From the NCBI GenBank assembly GCA_965204535.1, contig OZ241996.1, forward strand, positions 1,088,001 through 1,152,000: a stretch of 64,000 nt of DNA, read 5' to 3'. The notes beneath the pieces are model-generated. The model was not told the DNA's origin and did not search any database. It saw only the letters and a list, made by a program, of their open reading frames with translations. This DNA is from a bacterium (GTDB taxonomy: Bacteria; UBA8248). Both the position numbers and the translations under genes were made by a program. Numbering within the stretch: the first letter of the stretch is position 1; the number at the start of each line of letters is the position of its first letter. Below, piece after piece: positions 43,975 through 53,436 of this stretch.

Positions 43975-44118
43975 AGGCAACCCCCCCTTGACAGGGGGGT
44001 ATAAAAAGGCGACGCCCACTGCCGGTAGAGGGGCTTTTGTTTTTTCTTGCCCCCCTGACAAGGGGGGGTAGGGGGGGTTGCCTTTATCCCCTGAAAAAGG
44101 GCCTTATTCAACAACCCC
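43975..44118. repeat. C/G-run palindrome cluster ending in a TIR-like motif
   Basis: CCCCCCTTGACAGGGGGG and CCCCCCTGACAAGGGGGG; ends TTATTCAACAACCCC. Confidence 0.75.
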
Positions 44119-44200
44119 TTGTTTTTCCCTCTGATTTTTAAGAAGATAGCCTACCGCCACCCATTACGGCGCATTTCGCCCGTTTTCCCGGTGAATTCCG

Positions 44201-45055
44201 ATGAAAGTCGTCGATACGCCTCAAAAAATGCGTGAGCTGGCCGAAACTCTCAGGCGGGATGACGCCCCGCTCGGGCTGGTTCCCACGATGGGAGCGCTGC
44301 ACGAGGGGCACAAAAGCCTCATCGCCCGGGCGAGGGAGGAGTGCGGCGCGGTGGTCGTGAGCATTTTCGTGAATCCGGCCCAGTTCGGGGCCGGTGAGGA
44401 TTACGACACCTACCCGAGGACTTTCGAGGCGGATCTGGAGGCCTGCCGGGAGATGGGCGTGGCCGTCGTCTATGCGCCAAGGGCGAGTTCCATGTACCCC
44501 GGCGGATACGACACCTGGGTGGACGTGCCCGGTCTGGGCGCGCCCCTTTGCGGGAGCCACCGGCAGGGGCATTTCCGCGGCGTGGCCACGGTCGTGCTCA
44601 AGCTGCTCACGGCCTGCCTTCCGCACCGGGCCTATTTCGGCGAGAAGGATTACCAGCAACTCGTCCTGATCCGCCGGATGACGGAAGACCTCGACTTAGG
44701 CATTGAGATCATTCCCTGCCCGATAGTCCGAGAAGACGACGGGATGGCGCTCAGCAGCAGGAACGCCTACTTGTCGACGGATGAGCGGTCGCGCGCGCGC
44801 GCCATCAGCGGCGCCTTGTTCGACGCGAAAAAGAAGGTGGCGGCCGGGGAGAGACTTTCCGCCGCCATCGTTCGGGCTTGCGTGGATGAGTTGGAAAAGG
44901 TTGAGGCGAGGGTCGATTATGTGGAAATCGTGGAACCGGCGACGCTCGAAAGGGTAGAGAAGATAAACGGCGCCGCCCGGATGGCCGTGGCGGCCTATAT
45001 CGGCGAAACCAGACTGATCGACAACATCTTGCTGGAGCCTGACGATGAGGCGTAG
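44201..45055 (+). CDS. panC: pantoate--beta-alanine ligase
   Basis: VPTMGALHEGH, SIFVNP, FGEKDYQQ, ALSSRN, RLIDN. Confidence 0.97.
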   Translation: MKVVDTPQKMRELAETLRRDDAPLGLVPTMGALHEGHKSLIARAREECGAVVVSIFVNPAQFGAGEDYDTYPRTFEADLEACREMGVAVVYAPRASSMYPGGYDTWVDVPGLGAPLCGSHRQGHFRGVATVVLKLLTACLPHRAYFGEKDYQQLVLIRRMTEDLDLGIEIIPCPIVREDDGMALSSRNAYLSTDERSRARAISGALFDAKKKVAAGERLSAAIVRACVDELEKVEARVDYVEIVEPATLERVEKINGAARMAVAAYIGETRLIDNILLEPDDEA

Positions 45056-47708
45056 TCTCCTCATTATCGCGGCGCTCGTCCTGGCGGGGTCCGCCCTCGC
45101 GCCGGCATCCCTGGTTCGGGCGCAATTCAAGGAAACCCCGCAGTCTCATCTCGAATTCGCCCTGAACACCTACCGGGACGGGTTTTACGAGCCTGCGATT
45201 GACGCCTTCCGGGCCTACTTGAAAGCGGCGGGCAACAGCAAGGCGGCTTCGATCGTGCGTTATCTGCTCGCCGAGGCGCTGCGTCGTGAGGATCGACTGG
45301 GAGAAGCGGTCGCCGCGTATCAGACGTTCCTCAAACGTCATCCCCGCCACGAAAGGGCCGGCGAGGTTCAGTTCCGCATCGGCGTGCTCGCCGAGCGGAT
45401 CGGGGAGGAGAAAGAGGCGATCCGCGCCTATTCTTCCGTAAAGCTTGGGCGCTACCGGATAGAGGCCGTCTACCGGGTCGCCGCGCTCAGGCTGGCGGCG
45501 CGCGAGTGGCGGGGCGCGGTCGCCGCGCTCGATGAATTCATCAAGTCGGTACCCAAAGACCCACGGGCGGAAGATGCCCTATTCGAGCGGGCCATCGCCC
45601 TGGATCACATACCGCTGATCAAGGAGGCCGAGAAGGCCTACAGCCTGGTCGTGCGCCGTTTTCCCAAGAATCCGCGGGCGCACGCCTTCAGGCTGCGGCT
45701 GGCGAAATTACAGCTTGAGCTTAAGAAGTTCGGTTCGGCGGAGAAGACGTTTGATTCCTTGTTTCAGGGACGTCCCGGAGAAAAAAAACGCGCCGACCTG
45801 AGACTGGGGCAAGCCGCGAGTCTTTTTGCGCAGAAGAAGTACCCCGAGGCGGGCGCGGCATTCGAGGCCGTTCTGGGCATGAAACTCTCAGAATCACAGC
45901 GCAGGACGGCGGAGCGAGGCCTGGCGTCCTCATGGTGGCGCGCCGGTGAATACGCTAAAGCCGCGCCGGCCTATCAACGGTTGATTCGGGAGCCGGCCAG
46001 GGACGGGGCCTATCTCCTGTTTTTCCTGCAAAGCGTCGAAAAAGCGGGGCTTTGTGCGGAGGGGGGCAAAAAATATCTCGCCTTTGCGCTCGACGCTATC
46101 GCCAATGGCGCGCCGCTGCCTTCTTCTTCACGTTTCCGGATGGCGGATTGCCTGCTCGGCGCGGACTTGAAGAAAGAGGCGCTGGGCCAATACGGCGAAC
46201 TCATCCGTCGCGCGCCGAACACGCGCGAGGCGGTGTGGTCCGGATTGCGCCTGGCCGACCTGCTCGAAAAAGAGCCTGAGCGAAACACGCAAAAACTTCT
46301 TGAGCGGTATGGGCAGATATTGGCGTCGTTCGAGGAGCTCAGAAAATCGGAGAAAAAACTCGAGTCCGGGATCATGCGGGCCGCGTATCAAGGCGTTCTG
46401 CGGGCGGCGTTCATCCACAACGCGCGAAAGGATTGCGCCCGATCCGTCGCCCTGGTGAAAGTGGTTCCCGAAGCGTATGTCCCCCGGGCCTTACGCGCGG
46501 AGGTGGCCTTCCTGAGAGCCGAGTGCGCGTGGAAAGCCGCCAGGTTCGATGAGGCGGGCGGGTATTATCGTCAAGTCGTCCCCGGCGGGAGACGCCCCGA
46601 ACTCAGCATCCGGGCGCGGTATCGCCTGGGCGAGTTGGCCGAGAAGCGCGGCGACCATAAAGAGGCCTTGAAGCGTTTTCAGGGCGTTTTGCCGCATCTC
46701 CCTGAAAAATTAAAGCGCGAGGCGCGCTTGAAGATCGGCAACCTGTATCGCGCGCAGGGTGATTTGCGAAATGCTCAGAATTTTCTCCTCCCGCTTGCAG
46801 GCGATCAGGCGGTGAGCGCTCCGAGGAGGCGTTCGATCTGGTATTTCCTGGCGCGAAATGCCGTCAGCGCGCGGGACTGGAAGGGCGCGGATGCGGCCTT
46901 TTCGTCCTGGGACGCGCTCGCCCCGCCCGAGCCCGGCGAGGGGCTGAGGCTGTGGGCGCTTGTGTTGTTCGAGCGAAAAGACTGTGGCCGCGCCGTGAAG
47001 ATGTCCGCGCGGGCGCTGCAGCATGAGAGGACGAAGAGCGAGAAGTTGGCTTTGCACCGGCACCGGGCGTCGTGTTTTCTCAAAGAGGACAATTTGAGGG
47101 AATTCGCGGGGGCGCTGCGCCATATTCGCACCCTTGCCCCCCAGGATGCGGATGTGGCTCTGAGGCTGGGGGAAGCCTTCGAGAATCTGGGAGATAACGA
47201 CAAGGCCGCGAAAGCCTATACGGATTTTCTGGGCAAATTCCCTGGAAACGGCAAAGCGGGTATGGTGGCCTTGCGGCTTGGTACGATTGAGCTGCAGCGA
47301 AAACGGCCCGAGGCGGCGTTGGCTGCTTTTCGAATCGCCGCCAAATCGAATGACGGGAACATTTCCGGTCCCGCCCGGTTCCAAATCGCAGTGTGGTTCG
47401 AGGAAGAGGGGGAATGGAACAAGGCGCTCGATATCTTCGAGTCGTTGATGCGCTCGGGTCCGGGCCATCGGGAGTGGGTGCGCTCGGCGGCCTGGCGCGC
47501 GGCGGCGATTCGTGAATCGCGCCGGGAGTGGAAGAAGGCGATCGGCCATTACCGAAGCATTGCGGCGCTCGAGAACGGACGGGCTTCGGCGCGGATGGGA
47601 GAAGAAATCAAGAAGGCGAGATTAAGGATTCGCAGGCTTGAGTCTTACCTGGCTTCGGTCAAGGAGCGCGAATGGAAAATGAAGAATCAAAAGCCGATGC
47701 TTCGATGA
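45045..47708 (+). CDS. secreted tetratricopeptide-repeat protein (887 aa)
   Basis: Signal peptide; many CpoB/BamD-like TPR units (YQTFLKRHP, VRRFPKNP, FLGKFPGN). Confidence 0.8.
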   Translation: MRRSLLIIAALVLAGSALAPASLVRAQFKETPQSHLEFALNTYRDGFYEPAIDAFRAYLKAAGNSKAASIVRYLLAEALRREDRLGEAVAAYQTFLKRHPRHERAGEVQFRIGVLAERIGEEKEAIRAYSSVKLGRYRIEAVYRVAALRLAAREWRGAVAALDEFIKSVPKDPRAEDALFERAIALDHIPLIKEAEKAYSLVVRRFPKNPRAHAFRLRLAKLQLELKKFGSAEKTFDSLFQGRPGEKKRADLRLGQAASLFAQKKYPEAGAAFEAVLGMKLSESQRRTAERGLASSWWRAGEYAKAAPAYQRLIREPARDGAYLLFFLQSVEKAGLCAEGGKKYLAFALDAIANGAPLPSSSRFRMADCLLGADLKKEALGQYGELIRRAPNTREAVWSGLRLADLLEKEPERNTQKLLERYGQILASFEELRKSEKKLESGIMRAAYQGVLRAAFIHNARKDCARSVALVKVVPEAYVPRALRAEVAFLRAECAWKAARFDEAGGYYRQVVPGGRRPELSIRARYRLGELAEKRGDHKEALKRFQGVLPHLPEKLKREARLKIGNLYRAQGDLRNAQNFLLPLAGDQAVSAPRRRSIWYFLARNAVSARDWKGADAAFSSWDALAPPEPGEGLRLWALVLFERKDCGRAVKMSARALQHERTKSEKLALHRHRASCFLKEDNLREFAGALRHIRTLAPQDADVALRLGEAFENLGDNDKAAKAYTDFLGKFPGNGKAGMVALRLGTIELQRKRPEAALAAFRIAAKSNDGNISGPARFQIAVWFEEEGEWNKALDIFESLMRSGPGHREWVRSAAWRAAAIRESRREWKKAIGHYRSIAALENGRASARMGEEIKKARLRIRRLESYLASVKEREWKMKNQKPMLR

Positions 47709-47715
47709 GGGATAA

Positions 47716-50700
47716 ATGATGCGATTCCCGGCGTATGATATGCGGCGCAAGCTTCTTCTCGGCCTGGCGGCGATATGCCTTGGTTGGCCGGGTGCGGAAA
47801 ATCATGCGTCGGCGCAGGGAAAAAGCGCCGCCGGTGGGGAGCAACTCACCATTTCCCTGCCTGAAGTCGTGGTGGAATCACCCAGCATCGAGCATCTCAT
47901 CGCTGCCCGCGTGCGGCCCGTGCCTCCCAAGCGACTGGGCGTTCGCCTTCCCCCCGTATTCATAAAACTTGAACCGCCATCGATTCGCCTGCCCGCCCGC
48001 CCGATACCGGTTGAGAAAAAACCGGACCAGGATTTGACGCTATACTTCGGGAGTTCGTCGGATGATTTTGTCAGCGAGAGTGAACATTTCAACACGGCGT
48101 ACGCCTATCTGCGCAAGGGCTCGCCCGTAGAGGCGCTCGTTCTTTTCGATGCTTTGGCGAATAAAACGAAGCTTCATTTCTGGCGCGCGGCGGCGCTCTA
48201 CTGGGCGGGAGAGACGCTTCTGGATTTAAGAAAACCTCAGGAGGCGAGGGTTAGAAGAGAGAGGTTGTCGAGCCTGCTGCTGGCCGACGGTCTGGACTAT
48301 GGGGCGGCCGCAAGATACGCCCTGGCGCAAGAGCGTTGCGAGGCGCGTGACTACGAGGGGTGTCTCGGTCTGCTGGAGGGGGGATCGTGGGAAAAAGGAA
48401 GCTTCGCCTATGAAGAGGCGATTTTCCTGAAAGGCTGGGCGCAGGCGAAAGCGGGCGCCGTCGATGAGGCGATCGAGACCTGGACGATGCTTGCGAACGT
48501 GAAGGGGCGGCTGACGTTTCAGTCCCGCGTGGCGCTCGGGCATATCCATCTCCAGAGAGGAGATCACGCCCGGGCGGAAAAACACTATGCGGCCGCCGAA
48601 GCGCTCGCCTCCGGCGAAGGCAAGCCTGACGAGGCGCTTCAGGGAGAAGCGCTGTACGGCATCGGGTGGACGCGGTTGTTCCTGGGCCGGGTCGAGGAGG
48701 CCAAGCGCGCTTTTTCTCTCTTCATGCGCGATCACCCGAAGCATCTACTCGAGGTTTTCGTACACGCGGGTTTGCTTTCCGCTGAAATCGAGTCGATCCG
48801 GAAATCCCGGAAAGGGTTGAAAGCGTTGAAAACCCGCCTTTCGGGATTTTCCCGCGCCAATCGCCGGAAAACGCTCGCCGGCGCTTTGCGCCTGCAACTG
48901 GCCTGGAAGTTGTTCCGGATTGGGGTGTATGAAGAAGCGTCCGTTCTGGCGGGCAAGGTAAGCGATGAGTTCCCGCTCGGCAGAATCTATCGCATCGCGA
49001 GAATCGTGGAAGGCCTCTCTCGATACCATCTCGGAAAAGTGAAGCGCGCCTACGGGATTCTGCGGCAGGGCGCGGATTACCCGCCGGTTTCCGCTCACCG
49101 GCTGGCGGAGCAGGATGCCGCCCGTTCTGCGGCGATGGGGACGGCTTTCGCCGCATTCAGGCTCCGGGATTTCAAGGGCGCTTTGAATGTGCTGAAGCAT
49201 TGGGCTTTCCTGCCGGAGAGGGGTTCCGCGGTTTCGCCGGATGGGCTGGCCATGTTGTGGTATGGGGAGGCGGCCTTCGAATTGGGCCGTCTCGATGAGG
49301 CGGCCCGCGCCTTCCGGGCGGTTCCCGAGCGGACGCCCGAGTATTACCGCGCCCTGGGAGGACTCGCGTGGGTCCAGTACCGTAAGATGAACTGGAAAGA
49401 AGCGGCGCTCGCCTTCGACCGCGTTTTCGAGCATAAGCCGGGGGGCGTCCTGGCGGCGGAAGCTCTCGCTCGTGCGGGAGAGGCCCGCTTCAACCTGAGA
49501 AACTACGACGGCGCCCTGCAATCTTTCGAAAGGATAGAGAAGAAATACAGAGGTAGCGACGTCGCCAAAGAGGCGTTGTACCAGAAGGCGAAACTGCTTT
49601 TCAGGCGCAGTCGTTTCGATGCGGCGGAGAAGAACCTTCATGTCTTTTTGAAGCGCTACCCCAAAAGCAAGGAGGTGGCCGAGGTACAATATATTCTGGC
49701 GCTGGTTCCCTTCCGCAAAGGCGATTACTCCCTGGCGCGGGAGAAACTTCTTGAGTTTCGCGAAACATATAGAGATTCCTCCCGGGCGGGCGAAGCGTAT
49801 TTGCGCCAAGCCGACGCATCATACAATGAAGGTCGCTACAGGGAGGCGAACCGGTTATATCGCCTCATGATGAACAAGTATCCTGCGCACCCGAAGTTCT
49901 CCGAAGCCGTCTATGGCCGTTTGCTCACGCACCTTCAACTCGGGGAGTATGCGAACTTCTTATCGGGCGCGCGTGCGTATGTTGAGCGGTATCCGGAGAG
50001 CAACCTGAGCATTTCCCTGGCTTTTCAAATCGGCGAGGTTTTGCTCACGCAGCGGAACACGGCAGGCGCTTTGAGGGCGTACAAGGATGTCTTCGCGCAA
50101 TACCCGCAAAACCAACTGGCTGCTCATGCCCTCTTGAGGATGGCGGGCATACATCGAAGCGAAAAAGATATCGACAAGGCCCTTGATTCATATGAGACTT
50201 TGCTGACCCGGTATCCGGCGGGCGGTTTCCGCGCCGATGGGCTGTTTGCCGTCGGGGAAACCCTGGCCGGCATCGGACGGTGCGCGGAGGCGAAGCAGAG
50301 GCTGACGGAATTCCTAGAGACGTATCCGGGCCATGACTATGAAATGCTGGCTCGATTCGCTCTGGGGCGCTGCCTGGTTCGGCTGGCCGAGGATCGCGCG
50401 GCGCTCTCTCACTTTGCGATGATCGTGAACAGTGAATTCGCGGGCGTGGATTTGCGCAGTCAATCCGCGCTCCTGGCGGCCGGGCTGTACAGGAAGCGAA
50501 GAAAATACGCCGATGCGCAGCGTGCGCTGGGCTTCGCCGTCGATTATGGAGCGCCGGAACTGGCGGCGGAGGCGTTCTTCGCGCACGCCCGGATATTCTC
50601 CGAGCGGAGAGAGCCGGGCGCGGCGGCAGAGTACTTGAAGTTGACCTATCGATACCCGGATCAGAAAATATGGGTGGCGCGGGCGTTGGGGCGGGCAGGT

Positions 50701-50850
50701 GAGTTGTATGAAAAAGCGGGGAAACGAAAGCTCGCCCTCCGGGTGTACCGGAAGCTGAGCAAAGTGGCGGAAGATACCGCATGGAAGCGGAAAGCTCGAA
50801 TCGCCATCAGGCGAATTACGAAACAAACCAGGAAGCGTGCGCGGCAGTGA
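47716..50850 (+). CDS. secreted tetratricopeptide-repeat protein (1044 aa)
   Basis: Signal-like N-terminus, Pro-rich stretch, repeated ..YP.S TPR units. Confidence 0.8.
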   Translation: MMRFPAYDMRRKLLLGLAAICLGWPGAENHASAQGKSAAGGEQLTISLPEVVVESPSIEHLIAARVRPVPPKRLGVRLPPVFIKLEPPSIRLPARPIPVEKKPDQDLTLYFGSSSDDFVSESEHFNTAYAYLRKGSPVEALVLFDALANKTKLHFWRAAALYWAGETLLDLRKPQEARVRRERLSSLLLADGLDYGAAARYALAQERCEARDYEGCLGLLEGGSWEKGSFAYEEAIFLKGWAQAKAGAVDEAIETWTMLANVKGRLTFQSRVALGHIHLQRGDHARAEKHYAAAEALASGEGKPDEALQGEALYGIGWTRLFLGRVEEAKRAFSLFMRDHPKHLLEVFVHAGLLSAEIESIRKSRKGLKALKTRLSGFSRANRRKTLAGALRLQLAWKLFRIGVYEEASVLAGKVSDEFPLGRIYRIARIVEGLSRYHLGKVKRAYGILRQGADYPPVSAHRLAEQDAARSAAMGTAFAAFRLRDFKGALNVLKHWAFLPERGSAVSPDGLAMLWYGEAAFELGRLDEAARAFRAVPERTPEYYRALGGLAWVQYRKMNWKEAALAFDRVFEHKPGGVLAAEALARAGEARFNLRNYDGALQSFERIEKKYRGSDVAKEALYQKAKLLFRRSRFDAAEKNLHVFLKRYPKSKEVAEVQYILALVPFRKGDYSLAREKLLEFRETYRDSSRAGEAYLRQADASYNEGRYREANRLYRLMMNKYPAHPKFSEAVYGRLLTHLQLGEYANFLSGARAYVERYPESNLSISLAFQIGEVLLTQRNTAGALRAYKDVFAQYPQNQLAAHALLRMAGIHRSEKDIDKALDSYETLLTRYPAGGFRADGLFAVGETLAGIGRCAEAKQRLTEFLETYPGHDYEMLARFALGRCLVRLAEDRAALSHFAMIVNSEFAGVDLRSQSALLAAGLYRKRRKYADAQRALGFAVDYGAPELAAEAFFAHARIFSERREPGAAAEYLKLTYRYPDQKIWVARALGRAGELYEKAGKRKLALRVYRKLSKVAEDTAWKRKARIAIRRITKQTRKRARQ

Positions 50851-50887
50851 TAATCGAAGGCTCACACTAACTCAAAGGTGGGTATTG

Positions 50888-51487
50888 ATGTTTGAATTTT
50901 TGGCCAGAGGCGGGGTGTTGATGATTCCGTTGGGTGTTTGCTCCATCTTGGCCTTGGCCATTGTCCTGGAGCGGACCCTGAATCTACGCACCAGGAAAAT
51001 CATTCAACTCGATATATTGCAGCAGGTCCGGGATCTGGTTGCGGAGAACCAGGTGTCCGACGCCATAACCCTTTGCCGGCGCTATCCTTCGGTCATGGGC
51101 AGGATACTGCTCGTTACGATAGCGAATCACGACAGAAATCGGGAAGAACTCCGCTCCGTCGTGGAGGATGCGGGCAGACAGGAAGTTACTACGCTCGACA
51201 AAAATCTGGGCGCCTTGGGAACGATCGCCGCCATATCGCCGCTCATCGGGCTGACGGGTACGGTTTTCGGCATGATTCGCACCTTCGCCATCATCAGCGA
51301 GAAGGGAATCGCTCACCCTAGCCAACTCGCGGGCGGCATCTACGAAGCGCTCATCACGACGGCGACCGGACTCGTCATCGCCATACCCACGCTCATTTTC
51401 TACAACTATTTCACCAACAAGGCGGACCGCCTCATCCTGGAAATCGAAAAGCATTCCTACCGGGTCGTCGAGACGCTGAAGAGGTGA
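50888..51487 (+). CDS. MotA/TolQ/ExbB proton channel protein
   Basis: LGTIAAISPLIGLTGTVFGMI and GIYEALITTATGLVIAIP. Confidence 0.93.
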   Translation: MFEFLARGGVLMIPLGVCSILALAIVLERTLNLRTRKIIQLDILQQVRDLVAENQVSDAITLCRRYPSVMGRILLVTIANHDRNREELRSVVEDAGRQEVTTLDKNLGALGTIAAISPLIGLTGTVFGMIRTFAIISEKGIAHPSQLAGGIYEALITTATGLVIAIPTLIFYNYFTNKADRLILEIEKHSYRVVETLKR

Positions 51488-51494
51488 GCGAGCG

Positions 51495-51920
51495 ATGAAA
51501 TTTCGTGATATCAGGCGCGTGCGGGCCGAACCCGGCATGACGGCCATGATCGACATCATCTTCCTGCTGCTCCTGTTCTTTGTCCTGAGTTCTTCATTCG
51601 TTCTCCAGCCGGGCGTCAAAGTGGAATTGCCGCGAACTGTCACGCAGGAACACCCCGTCCGCAAGGATTTGATACTCATCATTTCGCGTGATGAAAGGGT
51701 GTTTTTGAATAACGATCAGGTCCCCCTGAAATCGCTCTGGGGTCGGTTGATAGAAGAGTTGAAGGTGCAGCCGGAGGGCCTGATCATCATTCGGGCGGAC
51801 AAGGGCGTACCGCACGGGATGGTCGTGCAGGTGATGGATATCGCCAAGCAGGCGGGCGCTCTGCGCATGTCGATTGCGACGGCGCCGACGAAACGGGTAC
51901 AGAAAAAGACGACGAAATAG
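51495..51920 (+). CDS. ExbD/TolR family protein
   Basis: MIDIIFLLLLFF with the conserved Asp; IIRADKGVPHG. Confidence 0.93.
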   Translation: MKFRDIRRVRAEPGMTAMIDIIFLLLLFFVLSSSFVLQPGVKVELPRTVTQEHPVRKDLILIISRDERVFLNNDQVPLKSLWGRLIEELKVQPEGLIIIRADKGVPHGMVVQVMDIAKQAGALRMSIATAPTKRVQKKTTK

Positions 51921-51945
51921 CCCGAGGGAGGCCGGCTCAAAGACC

Positions 51946-52791
51946 ATGAGCTTTTCACTTATCCTGACGATTCTGGTTTCCATCGCCATTCATATGGGAT
52001 TGATTCTGCTCGGCCCTGCCGTAACGCTCGGCCCGATATTCGCCGGACAAACCGAAAGAATGGAAGTCGACCTCGTGCGCCGCGAGGTTCCCATCCCCGA
52101 AGCGCTGCTGCCGAAGGTGCTGCCCGAAGTTCCCCTGCCGGAACCGCTTGATTTGAGCCGTATGCTTCAAAAGCGCCCCTTGGGCGATCGGGACCTGAAC
52201 CTGGACGTTAAGACGAAGCTCGTAGCGCCCGATCCGGGGGAGTTGCCCGAGAGCGAGCCGCTCCCCGACGCCCCGGTTTTGGAAATGCCGAAACCGGTGC
52301 TTGCGCCCGGCGAGATACCCTCGATGGGCGCTTTGCAGGCGGGCGGGGCACTGGACGAAATCGTTTTGCCGGTAGATGAAAAGGCAAAGGCGGGGGAATC
52401 AAGGGGGTTGAAGCGCAGAAAAAAGGTGGCGCTGCCGGGTTCCGAAGCGGACCGGAAAATGCTGGAGCAATTATCGCGCCTGAATTTCTCCCGCTCCGCC
52501 AGGGAGAAGAGGCGGACGAACATCGCGGGGCCGGCGGCGAGGCGGAGAATCCTGTTTCAGCCCAAGCCCCCGAAACTCGAGAGGCTCGAGAGCACGACGG
52601 AGATCGTGCTGAAGTTCTGGGTGTTGCCCGACGGCACCGTCGGCCGCGTCATTCCGACCAGAAAGGCGAGCGCCTACCTCGAGGGACTGGCTTCGAACCA
52701 CCTGAAGCGCTGGCGTTTCAGTCCGCTTCCACCGGGCGCCGAGGACAAGGAGCAATGGGGCGAGATCGCCTTCCGTTTCCTTTTACGTTGA
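51946..52791 (+). CDS. TonB-like energy transducer
   Basis: TM with SxxxH (SIAIH), Pro-rich linker, TonB-C-like end (VLPDGTV...WRFSP). Confidence 0.8.
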   Translation: MSFSLILTILVSIAIHMGLILLGPAVTLGPIFAGQTERMEVDLVRREVPIPEALLPKVLPEVPLPEPLDLSRMLQKRPLGDRDLNLDVKTKLVAPDPGELPESEPLPDAPVLEMPKPVLAPGEIPSMGALQAGGALDEIVLPVDEKAKAGESRGLKRRKKVALPGSEADRKMLEQLSRLNFSRSAREKRRTNIAGPAARRRILFQPKPPKLERLESTTEIVLKFWVLPDGTVGRVIPTRKASAYLEGLASNHLKRWRFSPLPPGAEDKEQWGEIAFRFLLR

Positions 52792-52801
52792 GGAGTGTGT
52801 C

Positions 52802-53260
52802 TTGGAATACGAAGCTACAGGCTTGTTTTATGAGGAATTCGAAGAGGGCAGGGCGTGGAAGACCGCCGCGCGCACGATAGGCGAGTCCGACGTCAACGCC
52901 TTCTCCGCCCTGACGGGCGATTACACTTACCTGCACACCGATGCGGAGGCGGCGGCCAGGACGCCTTTCGGAGAAAGGGTGGGCCACGGATTGCTCGGGC
53001 TTTCCTTTCTCATGGGTCTGGTGACGAGGCTCGGCATCGTCGAGGGGACGGTCGAGGCGTTCCTGGGCGTGGACTGGCGCTTTCGCGGTCCGATCCGCTT
53101 CGACGATACGATCTCGGGCGAGGTCGTCGTGAAATCGAGGCGCATCTCGAGCAAGGGGCAGGGGATTGTGACGCTCGCCCTGACGCTCCTGAACCAGCGC
53201 GGTGAGTGCATCCACGAGGGCGACGTCACTATCATGGTGGAGCGAAAGGAAAAAGGATAA
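52802..53260 (+). CDS. MaoC-family dehydratase
   Basis: FSALTGDYTYLHTD, GHG, FRGPIRFDDT. Confidence 0.88.
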   Translation: MEYEATGLFYEEFEEGRAWKTAARTIGESDVNAFSALTGDYTYLHTDAEAAARTPFGERVGHGLLGLSFLMGLVTRLGIVEGTVEAFLGVDWRFRGPIRFDDTISGEVVVKSRRISSKGQGIVTLALTLLNQRGECIHEGDVTIMVERKEKG

Positions 53261-53436
53261 GTTCCGTTGTCTTTTTTATCAACTAGATAGACTGGTTATC
53301 CGAATGTACCTCTGGAAGTCAGGCGACACGTAATTCTCCGCAGGTCACCGGAGGAGAAAGGTCATATTTTCGGGCCGTTCGCAATTGTTCCCGTCTCGAT
53401 TCGCCATCGCTTTGTCCGATCAGGGAGGAGACGCCG

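Noticed and set aside
40193-44118. TIR-like motifs in inverted orientation around the ferredoxin fusion, dapL and folK as one composite element
   Set aside because: No target duplication (AGTCA vs TTGTT), and dapL-folK are in normal core order; more likely ends of separate remnants.
53308-53362. glycine-riboswitch-like words upstream of the ADH gene
   Set aside because: Lacks the CTCTCAGG closing motif and the full aptamer architecture.
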